The notes under the pieces are model-generated. The model had not been told where the DNA came from and did no database searches. It worked only from the letters and a program-made list of their open reading frames with translations. From assembly GCA_000320545.1 (NCBI GenBank), contig ADNK01001985.1:1-64000 (forward strand): a DNA stretch of 64,000 nucleotides. The letters are read 5' to 3'. Each line of letters starts with the position of its first letter. Positions within the stretch are counted from its first letter, which is position 1. The DNA comes from Bigelowiella natans CCMP2755 (taxonomy: Eukaryota; Protista; Cercozoa). Positions 49,698 to 62,237 of the stretch are shown piece by piece. Both the position numbers and the translations under genes were made by a program.

Positions 49698-50440
49698 CTA
49701 CCACCACCCCTTCTTGTAGTTTGCACAATTTGTTGGAAAACCACAATCACCATAATGCACTCTATCTAGGTAATGCGACATGAGAATAATCCTCAAAAAA
49801 GGCCCGATAACATCTAATTCATGTCCCGAAAAATCTTCTGAATCTGAAAACTTGGCTAACTTGTCGCAGAACGTAAAATGGGATACAATTCGCTTCGCCC
49901 CGTGCTCGTATTCCGGCTTCCTGCCCCGAGCACGTAAAGTAGGATGCATTACGTTCTCTCTTTTAAGTGCGATTTTCTGTTGTCGTAAGTCTAAAATATG
50001 TTGTATATTCATGTATTAAGCAACAGCCAAAAATCCACAAGAGGGGTTCCTTGACCATGAAGTTACCGAAATCTGCATTCCAATATCAATTCAACCTTAA
50101 AAGTCGATTGAGATTCTGCAAGATGTCGCTCTATTTTCCATAATATTTGCTTTATTGCATGTCGTATTGTGACACGGGCGGGATATTTCTTTTTCAAATA
50201 GATACTGGTGCCCATACCTAAACTGAGGGACTATATATGGAAATTATCGGTAGAACATCGTAATAAATCGTTACAGTATGTAAAGATTAGTGTATCCGCT
50301 TTTTCCAAATGATAAGAGAAGAGTATGTTGGAAATATAACTGAAAACATCTTAAAAATTTCGCAACTTGCTTCACTATAATTCAAGAGGTAGTTCGGGTA
50401 TTTGGGTCGGTCGGCGCCCCCCTTGTGTTTCATCCGCTTC
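49698..50440 (-). CDS. Possible small hypothetical spliced gene
   Basis: A microsatellite-free 104-aa ORF (49698-50012) with protein-like composition, plus upstream open segments (YGHQYLFEKKYPAR). No recognised motif. Confidence 0.25.
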
Positions 50441-50926
50441 GCGCAATCAAGGTTGGGATTAAGAGAGGATTTGGATACGAAACTATGTTCGTAATAGAAT
50501 TTAAACCTGGGAGGGTGGTCACTGCTAGCTGGATGAAAATGAGGGAGGCTTGTCAGCGAAAACTTCGCGCCTGATGGGGAGAACCTACCCCCCCTACCGA
50601 TTTTTTTCGAGCGTAGCAGATGAAACTTAGCGCCTGTTTCGTTTCATTCCTTCTACAAAGTGCGTGTTTGGTTATTATTTTCGAGATTTTAGTTGCTCAT
50701 CGATGGTGATCTTCACCGACGTCGGGAAAACACACGCGACCGACTGTTTCCTTTGTGCACACAATGAACAAAGAAAACGTGGAATTTCAGAGACCAATAT
50801 GGATCATTTTGAAGAGAAAACGAAGAGATATTCAATGTCATCCAAATCATCTCATTTGTCATCTTGCTGCTGTTTATCAACAAATATACAGATAGGCCCC
50901 TTAGAAGCCCGTCGCCACCACCTAGC

Positions 50927-51413
50927 ATGCTGCGGCCCTCGCCACAATCGCGATCGGCGTTAACATCAGCGAGACGTAGGATTCATGGCTGGCGACAAAG
51001 AAATATGACCCCCCCCCTCATCATTTTCAGCCTCCTGTCGATACTGGCCTATTCAATTGCTTGGCACTCTCCTGTGCGGATCTCTGCTGCCGCTGCTGTA
51101 TCAAGGGGGAAGTTGTTTTCTATGGGAATACTTTCTAGTAATCCCAGAGCAGCAAGGATGACGTCTATGGCTAGACCTCCAGTAACACAATCGCCTTTAT
51201 TTATAACGGGTGTGGATGGAAGAATATCGCCCATGCACATTCGTGCTACTACTACTACTGCTGTGTCCTCATCAACATCTGGAGCTGACGAGGAGACAAT
51301 AACGACAACAGCATCACCTCCAGTAGAAACGACTACTGCGCCGTCAAAAAAACAGAATGATGAGGTAGTAGCTGATTGCCATTAGTAGTAGTCGTAGCAG
51401 TAGTAGTAGTAGT

Positions 51414-51447
<34 letters not shown>

Positions 51448-51504
51448 TGATGTTGAATATACATGTCTATGTGTTGAGGTTTTGGAAGGTCATCATGCAA
51501 ATGA

Positions 51505-51549
<45 letters not shown>

Positions 51550-53594
51550 CTGGACATTATCAGCTTGAGAAAATATCGGAGGCCTTGTCTAAGGTGAAGA
51601 CCACACCTGCGGCAATTGCGAGCTTGATACGGTAAGATCACATCACTCACCCTCATTGTATATGTGTGCGAAGTAGTATATGTCGGTGAGTAGTAGCACA
51701 AGTAGTAATAACAGAAGTGAAGTACTAGTGTAGCTCTAGCAACATGAAAAATCTATGGCGATGAAGTACACGCTGCATTTATCTCTACCTACAGGCGACA
51801 CGAAGATGTAATGAGCCTTCTCACATCTTTGGACGAAGAGATAGAGATGGCTATCAACGCTCCCTCGAACGAAAATGACGGAAAACTGGAAGAAATACTC
51901 CGAATGAGGGTACAAACAACCACTAGAGAAGAACACAAATATGAGAAACCGAGCTAGATCATCAGTTTCGCAGCTTTGCTTTCGTCAACTGGAGGAGATT
52001 GATGACAGGCTACAGTTGTGTCATTTTGTCCGGTCTATCTCGAATTCTGAATCAATCAATGATGCCTCACATTTCATTTATTCATCTATGATCCTCCTCC
52101 CGCTCAAACCAGGCCACACTTCGCGAGGAGCTACTTCCCGTCGCCAAAACTATTGAAGAGTGGAAGAAGTTTGCCGCAGCTGCAATTGCCGAACAGACTG
52201 GTATTACTGGCATATAACGAGATCTGATATGGCGAGACCTGCGTCTTGTACTGATGATATATCTCCGAGGAGATGCAGCGACAGAAAGCGGGAGGGGGCT
52301 CACAAACTATGAAACCATATATGTTATAATATATTATACTAAAATATATCCTCTACATATGGTGTTCGTCCGTTGTAATATTCATCGTTTCCTTCTGAAA
52401 TCTGTGTTTTTTCCTGGTGCGGCATGTGTGTATTTGAATCTATATTTCAGGGGTGGTTGTGGCAACCCCATCAACAGAGTAAGAAAAACTAACGTCTGGA
52501 AGGGGGGGGGGGGGGTAAGGGTAGAGAAATATGTTCCATTCATGATGAGGTGCGTTGTTGATGTCAATGGTGTTGTTTTTCTATGAATATTTAGAGGACA
52601 CTGGTATCCGGCCTACTTCTCATCGAATCTCCCGCAAGTCAGTAGTAGTACATATATACAAATACAGAATGATACCTGTCATAGTAACGGTATTCGTGTG
52701 GGCGCTTGCATATTTATATCACTCCACACACGTATTATACCGTAAGCGTCGTAAGTTTGACATTTCTTATACAACGGTGCTGCTCGTCTATATACCGGCC
52801 GTTGGTTGCTGATTATTCTCAGGGCGAATTGGCAAGCATTGAGCTGTTCGGTAGGCCATGGGTTCTTTTCAGGGACGAGACGTAAGAAATGCAGGCTGTT
52901 TGCATGCCGTGCAGATAACGCTCTTTCTTTGCTTCACAATAAACACGATGGAATTCTCCTGACTCTTCATCTCCTATCAAATCGAAGATAGTACGACGAA
53001 TGATGATAGCAATGTTGCTGCTGGCATTGGGGGTGTAGACAGAATATTACCAAAAGGGATTGATCTTTATGCGTGCAATGACAGGGGCGATGTGGGATGT
53101 ATTCATGACCAATGTGCACATCGAGCCTGCCCGTTGTCCCTTGGTAGTTTTACCACTAATTTATCATCACATCATCAGCAACAATGCAATTAGAGAGAGA
53201 AAAGAATTTGGGGGGGGGGGGGAGAAAAGAGTTTGAGGAAGAAGAGAAGGCTAAGGGGGGGCTTATTGAAAAGTTCGAAATGCGTGCGTGCAAGCAGCTA
53301 TGCTGCATATGCTTGTTCATTAGTAGACATACCGATATGGGGTATCCATCATCAGAGTTGCCAATGCTCATGACGAACAGCATGCACGTATATGTGAAAA
53401 TCATGATGTAAATATATATGGTGGGTGTGTATTATATGATATACTGATCTGATCGAGTAGGAAAGGTCGTCGGAGGTACAGTGGAGTGTCCGTATCATGG
53501 GTGGAAGTTTGACCAGAAAGGCGATTGTAAGGTGGTGCTTAACAGCAGCAGACGTGGCTAGTAGAAAGAAGCAAGTTCAACATTAAAATATGTA

Positions 53595-53644
<50 letters not shown>

Positions 53645-54561
53645 GTGTGTGTGTGTGTGTGTGTGTAAGACGGTGAAGCAACTAAACTTTGCTTTGTTCC
53701 CTCCATCTCATCCTCCTACGATCAAAGGCGATGCCTTCAACGCGTATGTGCAAAGGCATTTCAGTTGATTCCCTACCGGTAACTGCCTACCTCCCCCCCT
53801 TTGCGTCATCTACTTACTTCTTGTTCTTGTTCTTCTTCTTGATACCATGGTACCAGTGCGCGGACTTCCATGCATATATCTGGCGCAGCTTAGCAAATTT
53901 TTATAACCATTTATGATATTCTAGCCATAAGAGTGCATTCCCCTGCCCTGATGGCGATTTTTGTTGTATTGACCTCAATGCCGCCATCATCATCATCATC
54001 ATCATCATCATTACCATCATCATCATTGCCATCCTAATGATTAACATCCCTGTTGCAGATCGAGGAAAAGGATGGGCTCATATGGCTTTGGAACGATGGG
54101 GGTGCACAATCGCAAGAAGACGACGACCTCTTTAGCAAGCCTACTGCTGCGTCGATACCCAACTTGAACTTTCTTGTGGTAATAGGAGAAGCGTAATAGT
54201 CATAAAGAAAGATGAGATCATAGTACTGCTACCAGTCTTTGTGTGGAGGAGGAGCAGTAGTGTAGAACTAGTAGTATCAGCAGTGTAGACCATACATAAA
54301 TTGGTGGTGTGTCTAACCTTTGCGACATAGGATGGTGAGGAGGAAGGCTTCACAGCTGAGCTTTCACGGGAGGTCGAAAGGAATCAATGAATAAAAGAAG
54401 ACGAAGAAGAAGAAGAAGAAGATGATGATGATGATGACGACGATGATAATGATGATGAGGTGGAGAAGGTTTTATGATTATTGCCTCTAAATCTATCTTC
54501 AAGCAAATTTGTTGCCTCAAGAAGAGAAAGGGGGGGGGCGGGGGGAGGGGAGCGAGAGGGA

Positions 54562-54604
<43 letters not shown>

Positions 54605-54869
54605 GAGAGGGAATCCTCCATCTCCACGACTATGGTCATCGGGACAAGAAGTTAATGTCCATAGTTTTATTTCTTCTTACACTGTTGGTCTACTATTATT
54701 TACCAGATCGCAGTAGACTATACCGTGTTGGTGGAGTCGCTACAGCACATAGCCTATGAACCCATTCGAAAACTACCGGAGATCACGCAAAGTATGTCCT
54801 GTGAGTTGGCCTTTAAGGACAATACTTTGTGTGGTTGCGAAATCGATGATGATGATGATGATAATGGCA

Positions 54870-54904
<35 letters not shown>

Positions 54905-55037
54905 AGCCAAGGAAAGTGTTGAGACAAGAAAATTGAAATGGGGAAGTCTTAACTTCATTTCGAATTTGTGACGTAAAGCTTTGGTAATTTTCACCATCCT
55001 CGTTTGAAGATGTGACGAAGTATCTGTATACCCTTCC

Positions 55038-55069
<32 letters not shown>

Positions 55070-55345
55070 TAGATCTCCCATGGCCTGAGCAGCTAACTTT
55101 CCATGCCTCCCGACTTCTGGCCGGCGACCTCATCCCGTCCCATTCTCCTTCTGAAAAGCAAGAAGAAGCTTCTGCTGAGGGAGGACATCACAGAAGAATG
55201 GGAACTCTCCAGGCTGCTCCAGGGGTGTATATATCAAGTCTTGAACTGAAAGAGGGAGGCGGGGAGAAAACCGACAAACCGAGTTTTACAGGCGGGAAAG
55301 TGCATCAAATGCACTCAATTGTGCCCATCAGGCCTGGTCATATAC

Positions 55346-55402
<57 letters not shown>

Positions 55403-55647
55403 GAGAGAGAGGGAGAGGGGAATTTATCATCTCTGTCTCAATTGCATGCTTATACTCCTCTCATGCTTGATTTTCTTCCTTATTCGAAGGCTACTCTAGG
55501 CTATTATACCGCATGTCAGTCGGGAGCAGCGTCTCCGGAAGCCTCTCCAAAATCCTGCCAGCTTCCATGAATCTCTGGCAAAACATTGCGACAAATTGCT
55601 TTGATCATGGCATTCGACTTGTGGAGGAGGCTACAGAAATTTACTAG
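50927..55647 (+). CDS. CAO: Chlorophyllide a oxygenase-like Rieske protein with degenerate mononuclear-iron site; bipartite plastid leader
   Basis: HWYPAYFSS, IELFGRPWVLFRD, DQCAHRACPLSLG, ECPYHGWKF, MPST, EKDGLIWLW, HQMHSIVP, SRLLYRMS, WQNIA are colinear with CAO. Leader LIIFSLLSILAYSIAW is followed by a Ser/Thr/Arg-rich stretch. Confidence 0.85.
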
Positions 55648-55849
55648 CTTTTAAGCACTCCCAAATGAGAAATTTGATAGCTGAAATAAAAACTTGACCC
55701 CACAATTATAAATACGGGAAGGCATTATATAATAATCCGGATCGACCTAGGCCTTCGAAATTAATGCACTCACAAAATAATCGTTGTCTTAGCTCCACAA
55801 AATACTGTTCAGTCCCTTAGTCTGACAGTAGCCATAACAACTCAGGCGT

Positions 55850-56985
55850 AATGGTCATTAACACATGATGTGCATGCCATGTGTACTCATTTAACAAATG
55901 TGGTCGAACCACTGGGCCTGCTAATTGAACACATGTGGTGTCTGAAATACACCATCGTGAATGAATTTACCATTGCAAGACTGCTAGGCTGTGGTGATCG
56001 ACACTTCTAATGATAGACTCTAGACTTCGCAACATGACCTAGCTAGCTCTAGGGTGTGTAGCTAGCTAGCTAGCTAGATGCTAGGATGGCATGCTGATTT
56101 ACTCGAATTTTGGTGTCCGCTAATCTCACGTGCGTTGTCATTGCAGCTTCATTCGATTGCGTGTCAATAGAAATCGGCCCACGCACACACATGCTAGCAT
56201 GCCAGCACGCACGCACAGCGTCATGTAGCGCGTACCACTACGCGGGCACAAGTCACGTGCGACAACAAAGGGGTTGTCGCGGATATAGAATATAGATAAC
56301 GTAGATATTAATACAGCATAGGCACGTGGGTTCCGGCGGGACTCATGGCAGCACACCGGAAGTGTGCTGCCCCACGTGCGGCGGCATTCGCGAAAGCTTC
56401 GCGAATGATTACGCAGTGCACGATTTAATAAAAATATAATCTTTAATAAAAATAAACACAACTCTTCAAAAGGAAGCAAACGTGCCTTTCCCCCCCCCTG
56501 CCTACTTGTGCACGTAGCGCCTCGGCCTGTGAACACCTTACGCGCAACAGTCAGATTGAGCGCATTTGCACGCTCTGTGCAGCACCAGACGAACACATCT
56601 GCGCAGAGCTGACGATGACGGAACACGCTGCACGTGACAACGCAAATGAATTGTTCAGCTTGACAAGCTCAACAAAATGACAATGTGCAATGCAACAGCT
56701 CCGTTCATTCACCATCCATTCACTCATTTCACTCACAGTTTTCATTCGAAATTGCATCATTGCAATTGCTTCAGTCATTTGTTCGCAGGATTTCCACAAA
56801 CAATGAGCACCGCAAGAGATCTGTGCTTGCTGGACGGCAGAAATCCTCTCTTGCGGGCAATCAAAAGTGTGTCAGTGTGCACGACGACGAATTCTAAGGT
56901 TCCCCACAGGGAGAACCGGGTTTTGAGGCACAATGGCTGATCTCAGCTTTCAGCTCCTTTTTGCCGAACTTCCCGTTGTCGCAAT
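55850..56985. other. CTAG-rich and TpA-depleted intergenic tract
   Basis: (CTAG)n runs at 56039-56085; no TA in 56541-56894, and the next two are CTA. Confidence 0.8.
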
Positions 56986-57289
56986 CTCTAAGTGCAGAGG
57001 ATATTTGGAGATCTCTCAGGACGATTTAAAAGGACGTCTCTGGGGATCTCGAACATATCTCCAAATTGTCTCCCACTGCCTCTCCCGCTCCTCTCCTCCC
57101 TCTTAACCTCGTTGACACTACTCACGAGCTCTTGCCACGGATTTGAAGTTGGGAACAAAAGTACTGTGTATATAAGGTACTACCCAGCAAATTTTGTTAA
57201 TCTGGCGTTGGCTAGGCCAAATCCTGTGAAAATGGTGAATTGCGCTAGAATGATGTGCTCTCTCCTTAATGATGATGCAGGTATTATCA

Positions 57290-57401
57290 ATGGACTACGA
57301 AGACGAAAATCAAATAGAGCCCAAAGTGGTGGTTCTGGGCCAGACAGGGTAAGATTCTTTATTTTGTAGGCATTAACGTGCTTGCTATATCTGTCTTCCG
57401 G

Positions 57402-57441
<40 letters not shown>

Positions 57442-58582
57442 TCATTCCAAGGCCCCTCTAAATTCTAATGAGAAATTCTAATGAGGAGTCAATCGTGGTG
57501 AGAATTATGGTAATGATGAGGAGTGATGGTAGATTAGGATGAATAAAAAATATTAGCTCTATTAAAATGGTCAGGGTGGGCAAAACTAGCATGATTCACA
57601 GATATACCAAGGGCCACTTCAATGAAAATGCCCAGGTAAAGATATTAATCTAGTATACAAATAATATATAAACTATACATACATTTATTAAGTATTAGTA
57701 CTATTTTGATATTTAAGCAATAGTATGTGTGTGTAAGCTGTTCTAGTGTGTGTTGCCTTTGTGATATTTCTTTTATAAATTATTTGTTACAATTGCATAA
57801 ATCCAACAAAACATACCTCGTGATAAATTGAATGCACAATATATGAATGCTGAAACATGGAAAAATATCTCCCCCCCTTCCCTCTCGTACAGACGACCAT
57901 AGGCGGAGCTTACTGCAAAAAAGATGTGTCAATTAATGGATGGAACGTCTCGCTGCAAATTTGGGACACTGCAGGGCAAGAAAGGTTGGCAATGTACACT
58001 ATGCATGAACTCAAATAAGCGCAATTATTATGCTTATGTGTGTGAGACTGATTGGAGTTGTGAGTGAGTGAGTGAGTGTGTGTTTGTGTTTATAAGTATG
58101 TGTACATAAATGTATATCTATCGCTATGTTGAATAAAAATCAAAGTGCGATGCTTTTCGCTTCCTGGATCAATATTATTTCTAATATCATTACCTTTCTT
58201 AGGTTCCGATCCATGGCTCCTATGTACTACCGCAATGCAAAAGCAGCCATACTAGTCTATGATGCTTCAGAAGAAAAAACTCTGGAAATGGTCCAGGGAT
58301 GGAAAGACGGTGCGGATTAGCGTTAGCACCAAAGGCAACAACATAGCAACAATATGAACTATGTAGATCATTGGAGTGTTATGATTTCGTTAATATTGGA
58401 GTGTCGTAGCTGTGGTGATGTTTGTGTGTTTATTGGTATGGTATCAACATGTAGAGCTTTGCAAGCATGCTGACAAGGACGCTATCTTTGTACTGGCTGG
58501 CAATAAATGCGACATGAGGGAACAAACTTCAGAGGCCATATCACGTGCCAAGGTTGCAGTCTGAGATCTACCCAGTGTACAC

Positions 58583-58622
<40 letters not shown>

Positions 58623-58974
58623 ATTCTAAGTATAGAACTGTATTGTTTCTCTTAACAGAAAAAGGCTGAGGTCTTAGGAGCGAAGCTCTTCCAGACATCA
58701 GCAAGAACGGGAAAGGGGATTGAAGAGTTATTCGACTACGTAGCCCGAAACTTATTGAATATGGCATTGCAATCAGGGACACATAAACGAACAGGTTCTT
58801 TACATACCATGTGTTACTCTTCCATTAGGTTTATAGCCATCTTGCTCGGTGATATCCCTGCGAAACTCTGACAGAAATTCGCCTCTCCTTTTCTCACCTC
58901 CTCCTCTTCCCCTATGGTTAGACACTGTTATTCCTGGCAAGGGTACAAATAAGCAAGGCGGTTGCTGTGGGTAA
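57290..58974 (+). CDS. Rab GTPase, Rab5/21/22 group
   Basis: KVVVLGQTG|VGKTS, TTIGGAY, LQIWDTAGQER|FRSMAPMYYRNA, LAGNKCD, QTSARTG, and a C-terminal GGCCG* prenylation motif. Confidence 0.95.
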
Positions 58975-59259
58975 TGAATTTAAGCAAAAGAGTGTACTCA
59001 TAGAAATTAGTTGCATTGTGCATTGTTTGAATGTAAAATACTGGTAACACTCATAGCCGCACTCAGTGCGTTAACATGTGACAAGCAGTCAGTGAGCACG
59101 CAGGATGCATGCACATCAGACATACAGAGAAACTACAAAATGATACTACTTCGTTAATTTATTTGTATGCAAGCGATGCATCTATCATGCAGTTCGCCAC
59201 GAGTAAAATGTAAACCAGTAAATGCAATAAGTCAAATGGCACAATTGCGAATGCTCGAC

Positions 59260-59860
59260 AGAGACATCTAGACATGCTAGCATGTCTCTAAAGCTAGATA
59301 GCTCACGTCAAAATGTAGACGCCTAGACACATCTACTGATCTATGCATCACTAGCCAGCTAGATCTGTAGGATGTCTCCATTCTAGATTCTCGATGAATC
59401 ATGCTAGTAAGCTAGTGAGGCGCTAGGTGCTAGCTAGTTAGCTAGCTAGAGATAGACACAACGCAGTGCACTTCCACACGCATCATTGCCATTTCTAGAT
59501 CTAGCCATGCTAGATGATTATCTAGCATGCTGGCATGCTAGCATGCTACAGCACAATGCTTGCTCCTTGCTAGCTTGTTTGTCGCAGATCTAGAAATTTG
59601 GAGATGTCTAGATCAGAGATGTACACATGCTACGATAGCTAGCTAGCTCTACAGTTAGACAGCTAGTGCGGGAGTGACAGCACATCGCCAGCTAGCAAGC
59701 AGATGTCATGTATTGTGCAGGCATCGCGCACAGCTTCAATTTCATGCTCTAGATGCTAGCTAGCTAGATAGCTACACTACATTTAGACATGTAGCTGACT
59801 CTCGCTCCATCCATCTTGATCTAGTCTAGTAGTGTGGCGCTTACGCATGCATGTCTAGAT
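59260..59860. other. Extremely CTAG-rich non-tandem tract
   Basis: About 33 CTAG by hand count in about 600 bp, interspersed with CATG/TGCA/AGCT/GATC. Confidence 0.9.
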
Positions 59861-60005
59861 GCATATGCTTCTATTTAGCTACTGCATTGACTCCCACATA
59901 AATTTTGGGCATGGTCGAAGGTGTGCTTACTGAATTAATAAAAGTGAATGACCATTCGAAATTAAAATGTAGTCCGCATAAATTATGATGAAAAGCAGAT
60001 AGAGG

Positions 60006-62237
60006 TCACTTTTCTCTGCCCATAATTTCTAGATTCTGTACATATGACACTGCTTTGACCCATAACTCCATCTTTGATTTTTCACTCGTCTCTAAATCAA
60101 GCGTTCTCTCGTTGGTTTTGAAAGAAAAATAGTAGGATGAATTTGGATTTTGGAAGATATTGCGTTGGAACACTGATGTGGTTCTTCCGATGCAAATTTC
60201 CTTGATGTCGTTCAGCGATATGTAAGATGCTGCTCTCTTCAACATTGCTCGACGATGTCTTAAAGAAAGCCAGTAAATACGCCCGTTTTCAACAACGACA
60301 AATTTTCTATGTGGTGTTCCTGATCGACCATGTTTCAAGAAAATATCTCCTGTTGTCACTGCAAGTCTATACATTCGTCCCTGCTTCTCATCATAATCAA
60401 GGGGACACGTAGCTGCTGTAGATGTTAGTAATGATGATACTCCTTCACATCTCTTTGTTTGGGACGAGAACGAAATATTCCTTATCAGAGTTCTAGTACT
60501 ATCGGAACTACTATGTGACTCAGATTGATAGTTTTTTGTTTCACCAGCATCTTCTTCGTTATTTGAGTTGCCCTAAATTAATATTTATATGTAATGATTC
60601 TAAAATGCTACACGTTTAGTTTATTGATAACCTGATTTAGCTGGTTAAGATCAATTAGTTCTTCAAGCCTTCGATTCGCTTCTATCATATCTCGTGCTTG
60701 CTTCTCGATTAAGTTTGATACATCCATTGAAGCGGTCAGTGCATAAATACAGCTTTGTCGGGCACCTTAATTCAAGTAAACGAAAAGAATCATTTTTACT
60801 CGATATACAATATGACAAATGTAAACAGCTTGGCGTGATTCTGGCTACCATAAGTCCCATAAGTCTTTTTTAGCCCTCCTTTGTCGAAACGGTGTGATAG
60901 TTTCTGCCCTTTCCTAGTGACAGAGACCTGAGAGGTAGATTTTTGCTGCGATTTCGAAGCCCAAGTTGGCAACGGTGGCGGTTTAGGTCGCTGGATAATT
61001 GTTGCAGCAGATATAGAAGAGGATATTGAAGATAAATCCGACGATGACCGAGATCCTGAGATTGTTATGGTTGTTAAAATACAGTAATAAGCGGGGAGTA
61101 TTCTCAAAGCAAACCATTTGTCCGAGATTCAGAATGACTTTTAGAAGATCTTCTTCTCCTCTTCAATGCATTTCCTATTCCGGCGAGAATTTTATTGGCC
61201 GCCTTTAAAACAGTGCTTTTCCCCTGGGATTTCTTACTAGGTGTACTATAAGTGAAGTGCTTATTTTCCATACGAACACCCGAAGATGCAGATGCAGTCG
61301 TGGCGACACTTAGATACATAGGATCATTTAATTGAGAAGCCCCACTTCCTCTGACCCCTTCGAGAGAAGACGGAGGTTCCGAATCGACCCATTGAATTGG
61401 TTTTATTGTAAGGAACACTTTCTTCTTTTGAGTCGCTTGAGCAAAGGGTGTTTTAGAAGAGCGTCCTCTGAGAGGATTTTTTTCTTCAGTTGATGGAGAA
61501 GCAGACCTTGAAAATCGAGGGGTTTTCTGTCGGTTTGTAGAAACTGGGAATGTTGATCGCCTGTGCGATCTAAGGGATCCAGGTTGCTTATTTGAATCGC
61601 CCCTACTCCGTGATTTTTTGGCATCGGAAATTGAATCCAACTGCTGTAACGACCCTGAAGAAAGCGTTCGAGGAGGTAGCTTTGGACGTCTTGCTTCGTT
61701 TGCCATTGCTGAATGTGAGCGATGAGGCAGTCGTGGTGATGTTCCTTTCAAAGATGATGCACGTTTAAGTGTCATTGATCTCTTTCTTAATCCTTTTGAT
61801 ACACGCGAGCGCGAATCTCTTTTCAAAGAGTATGATCTGTAACCAGTTGGTCTGGGGGGTGGAGTCGGAGGACTTTTACCCGCCAGAGAGGGTATCAGAT
61901 CATCCAACCATGAAGCTCGATTTTTGTTCTCCGAAATTCTTTTGTTGACTAGTGATAATCTATTCAGGAATGCGCCTTCATCGATTTGTCCAGATACGAT
62001 GAAGGAACTGGTCCGAGTTGAGGTTTGAGGGGTGGAGTCAGACATCTCTTCCAACAACTTTTAGGGATGTAGTATATTACATCATTCTTAGATTACAAAG
62101 CATCAAAGCATAGCATGTAGCATGTAGAACAAGTTTACATTACTCACCTTAGATTGATCTTGTGACGCTGAATAATCTTTTGGAAATAGATGAAGAATAA
62201 TATCTTCTACTCTCTTTGCGCACTTAAAGTGTGCCAT
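60006..62237 (-). CDS. Ser/Arg/Pro-rich protein with C-terminal PH domain
   Basis: Exon 1 MAHFKCAK..QSK|gtgagt, a large exon 62057-~61115, and terminal GDIFLKHGRSGTPHRKFVVV..IYW..ISLNDIKEICIGRTTSVF..FSFKTNERTLDLET..MELWVKAV (PLC/Num1-type PH). Confidence 0.85.

Larger units (their letters stand above)
250..58620. repeat. Very many intronic microsatellites: (TG)n, (TA)n, (AG)n, (TCA)n, (TAG)n, (GGA)n, (GAA)n, poly-G/C
   Basis: Directly visible, e.g. 334-366, 897-923, 2624-2740, 17772-17820, 37584-37656, 53602-53666. Confidence 0.95.

Noticed and set aside
334-58620. Many dinucleotide microsatellites have similar lengths of about 30-35 bp
   Set aside because: Could be repeat collapse in assembly rather than biology; cannot be judged without long reads.
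86-58782. Numerous 60-140 aa ORFs with [24 protein letters not shown] or poly-H/M/S runs
   Set aside because: These are translations of intronic microsatellites or antisense shadows of real exons.
61104-61115. Overlapping ORFs 61104-62057 and 60796-61107 as a programmed frameshift
   Set aside because: A GT-AG intron (gtttgc...tctcag) joins the frames.
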